Below, piece by piece: positions 59,286-64,000 of a stretch of 64,000 nucleotides of DNA. A program made the translations under genes and the position numbers. How positions within the stretch are numbered: position 1 is the first letter of the stretch; every line of letters begins with the position of its first letter. Origin of the DNA: Podarcis melisellensis (taxonomy: Eukaryota); the NCBI GenBank assembly GCA_964234715.1, contig OZ174276.1. One strand, written 5' to 3'. The notes beneath the pieces were generated by a model. It had not been told where the DNA came from. It saw only the letters and a list, made by a program, of their open reading frames with translations, and ran no database searches.

Positions 59286-60957
59286 ATTCTACCTAAACAG
59301 CTCTTAAAACTGTGCAGCAAAAGCCTTTGATCCAGATAGGCTTGGTTTACCAAGTGCATTAAATTGGACTGTCAGTAGGGGGAGCTTTTTGCCTTCTGAT
59401 ATTGTACTAAGTCTTGGGAGCATCAAGATTTGCCTTAATTTCTTTTTTAAAGAAACTGATAGCAAAACCTGATGAAAATTAAAAGGTGCAAAGGAGTTGT
59501 TCTTGCAAATCTCTGGAGATTGAGAGCTTAACATGTGTCTTGATTTCACAGTTGTACTAGGACCTTCCTTTTGAGAGCAGAAATTCCATTATAGTGCAAC
59601 TCTGAGGTTTTCTTTTGCTCATTCTTTGTTGACTTGCTAGAGTTGTGTTGTCCGTAGCCGATACACAAACGAAACAAATGTGGAGTAATCTACTGACCTT
59701 GAAGAGAATCTGTTCAGGGTGGGTTAACATGCTTTTTAATGCACCCAACTGTATGTGCACATGTCTTTGCTTTGTTTGCATGCCAAACTATGGTGTATCA
59801 GGGCTGTGCAGACTCCTGAAGAGGATCTCCCAGCTGCTTTACTTCCCCCAAGTCATTTTACTCCTGTACTGTGATGAGTTTGGGTTGGCTTAGCTTGTTG
59901 TACAAACCTAGGTTCATGGTTAAGCTCTTTCCTTGTTTACCATGAGCTGCAACCAAGAACAAACCATTCAGTTACTGTGACATATGAACTAGTCCTGCAT
60001 ATATTCCCATACATTCCTAGGCAGCCGCACCAATTGCAGAGTGAGGAATGGCAGGCCAGCCTAGGCAAACTGTTTAATGGAGCATTCCAATAAATGATCT
60101 CGCAGTGAGGTTTAACAGAAGGGTAAGTAGGCCATTCACCCAGTGTTTAGCAATCTGCTGGGTGAAGTGTTTGCTGCCCTCCATTAAATGCAATTGCAGC
60201 AGGGAAGGGTGTTTCACCAAGCAGTTTAGCAAGTTGCACTTTGAAGGCCCTCTTCATTAAACCTCTCTTCAGCCATGTTTGGTAATCTGATGGGTAGATG
60301 GGAGCTTGCATCCAACACACCATATCCTTCAACCCTTGCCCCCGAGGTTTGAAAGCCCCATGGGTCACTTGAAGTCCCAACAATCAGGGCTTCAAAGGGA
60401 AACATTGCCTGGTGTCACTATGATGTCAGGTGGGCAGCATGGAGGTCGGGGACGGACTATGGGGTTTATGGGTGAAGTTTAAAGAATGGGGAGTTAGCCC
60501 AGGGGGTTGGTGAGCAGGGGCAGAACCCCTTGTGTGTGTAAGTGTGTGTGTATGCATCTATGGAAATGTAAGTTGAGTGGCTAATATACACTCAAAGAAA
60601 ATGTGCACATAATCCATGAAGAAGAAACTGTGTACATTCCCTGTTCAATATAAATAATCTCAAACAATCATGGAGGAATGTGCATATCTCGGTTTGAATT
60701 TTGCACATACTCGGGGCACCAGAAATAATTACATTGAAGCCCTTCACTCAGCACCTGTATACAAGTTGGGTGAATGCCAAACAACTGTGACGTCTTAACA
60801 CAAAGAGATGATTCTTACTCTCTCTTTACAACAGAGCAAACACTTTGGGTAAATGTAGGACTTTAGGTTAATATCAATTTATACAGTTTATACAATATTT
60901 GTTCTGTTGGATCATAATCCTGTGTTTGGCTAAACATTCGCTTTTTTCTCCCTGTAG

Positions 60958-61048
60958 GACAAATTGGAAATGCCTTTAAAAAAGCATTGCCCAAAATTCA
61001 AGAAGCCTCTGGGGTGACCCAGATGGACTGTCTTTCAGTGGAACAAAG
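60958..61048 (+). CDS. MEIKIN: MEIKIN-like coding exon B (phase 1 to 2)
   Basis: cttttttctccctgtag|GA...CAAAG|gtatag; (G)QIGNAFKKALPKIQEASGVTQMDCLSVEQ; LPKIQE vs recalled human LSKIAE. Confidence 0.75.
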
Positions 61049-61468
61049 GTATAGATTCCAGTTATTCTATTATTGGATCTGGGGGAAGGTCTTGAGCACT
61101 TGAGGCCCCATAGATGTTGTTGGACTACAAATCCCATCAACTCTGACAATTGGCTATGCTGATTGCTTGGAGTCCAACAACTTCTGGAAAGCACCAAGTT
61201 CCACACCACCAGTCTAGAAACTGTCAATATGATGATGCAATTCAGCTTTAATTGTATTTATAGGCGTTATGGCCAGGACAGGAAGGACTTGCCTTGTTTT
61301 GAGCAACATCCCCAGAGCAATAATAATGCCAATTTCTGTTCTCAATGTGTTGGTTTAAGTTCAAATTAAAAGAAATCATTCTTCTCAGAAATTCCAGATA
61401 TCAGAGTTGGTTTGAAATTGCCTATGAAAAATACAGACCCATATTTGTGCTGTATCCCCCCCCCATAG

Positions 61469-61547
61469 CACTGAATTAAATGAAAATGAAAACAGAAGCA
61501 TGGAGGTGAATAAAAGTATCAATAAAATGGGCACTGCTGTATTAAAG
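61469..61547 (+). CDS. MEIKIN: MEIKIN-like coding exon C (phase 2 to 0)
   Basis: ccccatag|C...AAG|gtatgt; (S)TELNENENRSMEVNKSINKMGTAVLK; ENRSME vs recalled human ENRSSE. Confidence 0.72.
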
Positions 61548-62541
61548 GTATGTATTTAATTGTTAAACCTCTTAAATCCCAACAAATCTATGTACTACTG
61601 GTAGGGTAAAAACGAAAGACTGCTGCACCTTCAGAGTCCAGCCAATCAAAATACATATACAGTATTTTGTATGCAGCCAGTGGTGTGTCATGGAGCTGGT
61701 TTGTACATCACACTAAGCCAAAATCACAATTAAGCCATGCTAGCTCCTAGGCAGCATGGTAAGTGGTCAGGGATGATGGGAGTTATAATTCAAAATATAT
61801 GGAAAGCACCAGGTTGTTTCTGTATGTATTCTGTGGTTCTGACTTTAAAGTGGGGGCAAATCCATCTCTCTGAGGTACGTGGAAATATCAGGGTTTGCAG
61901 TAATCACCAGCATAATTAGTGTACCAGCCTCTCTGATTGCTGGGAGAATTTTAGTGTGGAGGAATATTAGAAGTCATACTGTTTCAAGTGGTTGGTGTGG
62001 AACAGATGAATTGTCATAAAGACCTATGAATATTGTCCAGGTAAGTTCATGGCTATGCTCTATTCACATTGACTTGGATAGTGGCTGGAAATGTGCATCA
62101 ATCACAATGAAATTTATACAAGTTGACAATACCACTATAGAGGTTCAGTGCCCAGGAAATAACCACCATATGGGTTCAGCTTTAAATTATTCTCTCTGTC
62201 ATGTTAGTCTCCACACAGAACCTCTGATCTTAACAGAGACTGTGCTTGGAAGAAATTCTGGGGCTTTGTGGTGAATGAGAAATTCTCCCATTCTGCTTGA
62301 TGACCTTCTGCAGATGAACAATTTACATAATTTAAAATTGCTTCCATGTGGCCATTGATAATACATTTCAAATCCAAGAGTTGCTCTGATCAATGTTAAG
62401 GAATATTTTGTTAATGACAAAACTGTGCAGAACTGTTTCTTTCTGATAAATTATTTTCATGAATTTTGTATGGTCATAAGGGAAATCACAGTTTTATCTA
62501 CGTCATACCTTGTCATCTCCATCTTTCACTGTTGTTCTTAG

Positions 62542-62602
62542 GATTCTTTGCATTTAAGCTCTGCAAGTAAAGAGAGTGCGAGATATAGTGAAACTACATC
62601 AG
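62542..62602 (+). CDS. MEIKIN: MEIKIN-like coding exon D (phase 0 to 1, 61 nt)
   Basis: gttcttag|GAT...TCAG|gtgagt; DSLHLSSASKESARYSETTS(G) vs recalled human ...NSELVSG. Confidence 0.75.
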
Positions 62603-63972
62603 GTGAGTATGCTTAAGCATACTGGATCAGGAACTGTATTCTTCTAAATATTATTCCAAGTTCCCTAATGTGACTAGTCTTCATGTTAATATTTTAGTTC
62701 CCCCAACCCAATTTTAATTCCCCCAACCCAACTCTGTGGCCAGTGCTGAAGCTTTCCTCAGGAGCAATACATATCACTAGTGTTTCTTGTTCAGCCTTCT
62801 ACATAAGAAGAAGAAGGGCAGGGGGAAAATGAATTATTGGGTGAACAGGAGTGAATAACCTTTGGCCCTTCAGATGTTGCTGAATTACAACTCCCATAAT
62901 CCCTGAGCACTTGGACTGCTGGAAGTTGTAGTTCAGCAACCTCTGGAGGGCCACAGGTTCTTCACCTCTGATCTAGAAATACCAGTGGGTGTTCTAGATA
63001 GCTTTGCTGAATGCTTGGGCTTCAAGTTGGTGCTAGCAGCATTGGTTTTAGGTCATGTACTTGGTTATGTATTATAACTAGAGATTTGCAGACCTTTAAA
63101 AAAAACACAGAAAAACGTTTTTCCAGTTTTTTCCTATTTCCGAAAAATTGGAGGAAAGGTTCTCTTCCCCCCACTATTTTTTCTTGGGGGGGGGGGGAAT
63201 TCCAGGCCTTCACATCACTAATTATAACAGACTTCTAAAAATTCAAGTAGATTTTGAGCACCAGTCTGTAGACCAGGATATAACTTTTAATGCCTTGCGG
63301 ATCTGTATAGCCCAAATATGTGGATAATAACTTAATATTCATTCCCATCAACAATCCTTTTAATTGACTGCTCACAATGGCTGATGTCACCTAAGTCCTA
63401 GTCTTATTTCCACCCTAATCATATTGTGCACTTTGGGTCATTTGGTCCGCTGCCCATCTGATGAAGAAAAGGGATCGCCAGTTACTTTGTTGAAATCCTC
63501 AATATTCTTATTATATTATAAACCTGTTCTGTTCAGTTTAATTAACCATTTTAAACCATGGCACTACATAGAAGTGGTGCTGTTTATCATTTCCAGGATA
63601 CCTACAGTATTTCTTTTATATAGAATAAATATATTACTGCTTATGATGGAAGCTGAAAACATTGCATGTATACTGAAACAAGTGCAGAGGTTTGAGTATT
63701 GGACTAGGAGACTATGGTTCAAATGCGCTTTCAGCCATGAAACTCACTGGGTTACTTTGGCCCAGTTGCCATCTTTCAATCAAACCTCCCTCACAGGGTT
63801 ATTGTGAGGGTAAAAGAGGGATGGAAAGAACCATGTGGATGTATGTCACCTGGAGCTCCTTGGAGGAAATTTAGGACATGTAATATAATAATAAATGAAA
63901 ACTAATCCAATTGAACCTATTACTGTTGCTGTTCTCCATCCTTCTCTCATGTGGCCTGCCTTCTGTTCACAG

Positions 63973-64000
63973 GACTATATTGTATAACCTATTGCAACAT
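63973..64000 (+). CDS. Possible start of the next MEIKIN exon, truncated by the window end
   Basis: Long pyrimidine tract then cacag|GA CTA TAT...; phase-1 compatible, (G)LYCITYCN; too short to confirm. Confidence 0.2.

Noticed and set aside
62572-62583. ESAR as a separase ExxR site in MEIKIN exon D
   Set aside because: Low-information motif with no counterpart I can recall in mammalian MEIKIN at this position
3640-62712. Several short tandem duplications of about 20-24 bp (near 3640, 18660, 57852, 62697) suggesting a periodic system or array
   Set aside because: Unrelated two-copy slippage duplications; 20-bp periods are over-noticed because of the 10-base print blocks; no spacer-repeat (CRISPR-like) structure
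63597-63628. Acceptor tttccag as the next MEIKIN exon
   Set aside because: In-frame TAA after nine codons

Overview
Vertebrate genomic DNA, most likely a lacertid-type lizard (Sauria SINEs, RTE-BovB, squamate hAT MITEs). The + strand carries the complete coding region of long-chain acyl-CoA synthetase 6 (ACSL6): 21 coding exons from 10911 to 43560, 20 used per transcript, 698 aa from MQAQE. It includes the tandem 78-nt mutually exclusive F-gate and Y-gate exons. Their 63-nt spacer has no adenine between 26045 and 26083, which forces the branch point to within 22 nt of the upstream donor (steric exclusion). Downstream, four phase-compatible exons (57529-62602, mostly missed by the ORF track) build the N-terminus of a divergent MEIKIN (meiosis-specific kinetochore protein) orthologue, at the position expected from mammalian ACSL6-MEIKIN synteny. 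Its few recognisably conserved patches match a PDS5-binding YSR-type motif (RSYSRKRR) and a PP2A-B56 docking motif (LPKIQE), a testable hypothesis for how MEIKIN protects cohesion. The rest is intronic or intergenic sequence with SINEs, LINE fragments, MITEs, a solo LTR, microsatellites and a 133-N gap. Comparisons to human proteins are from memory, not from searches.
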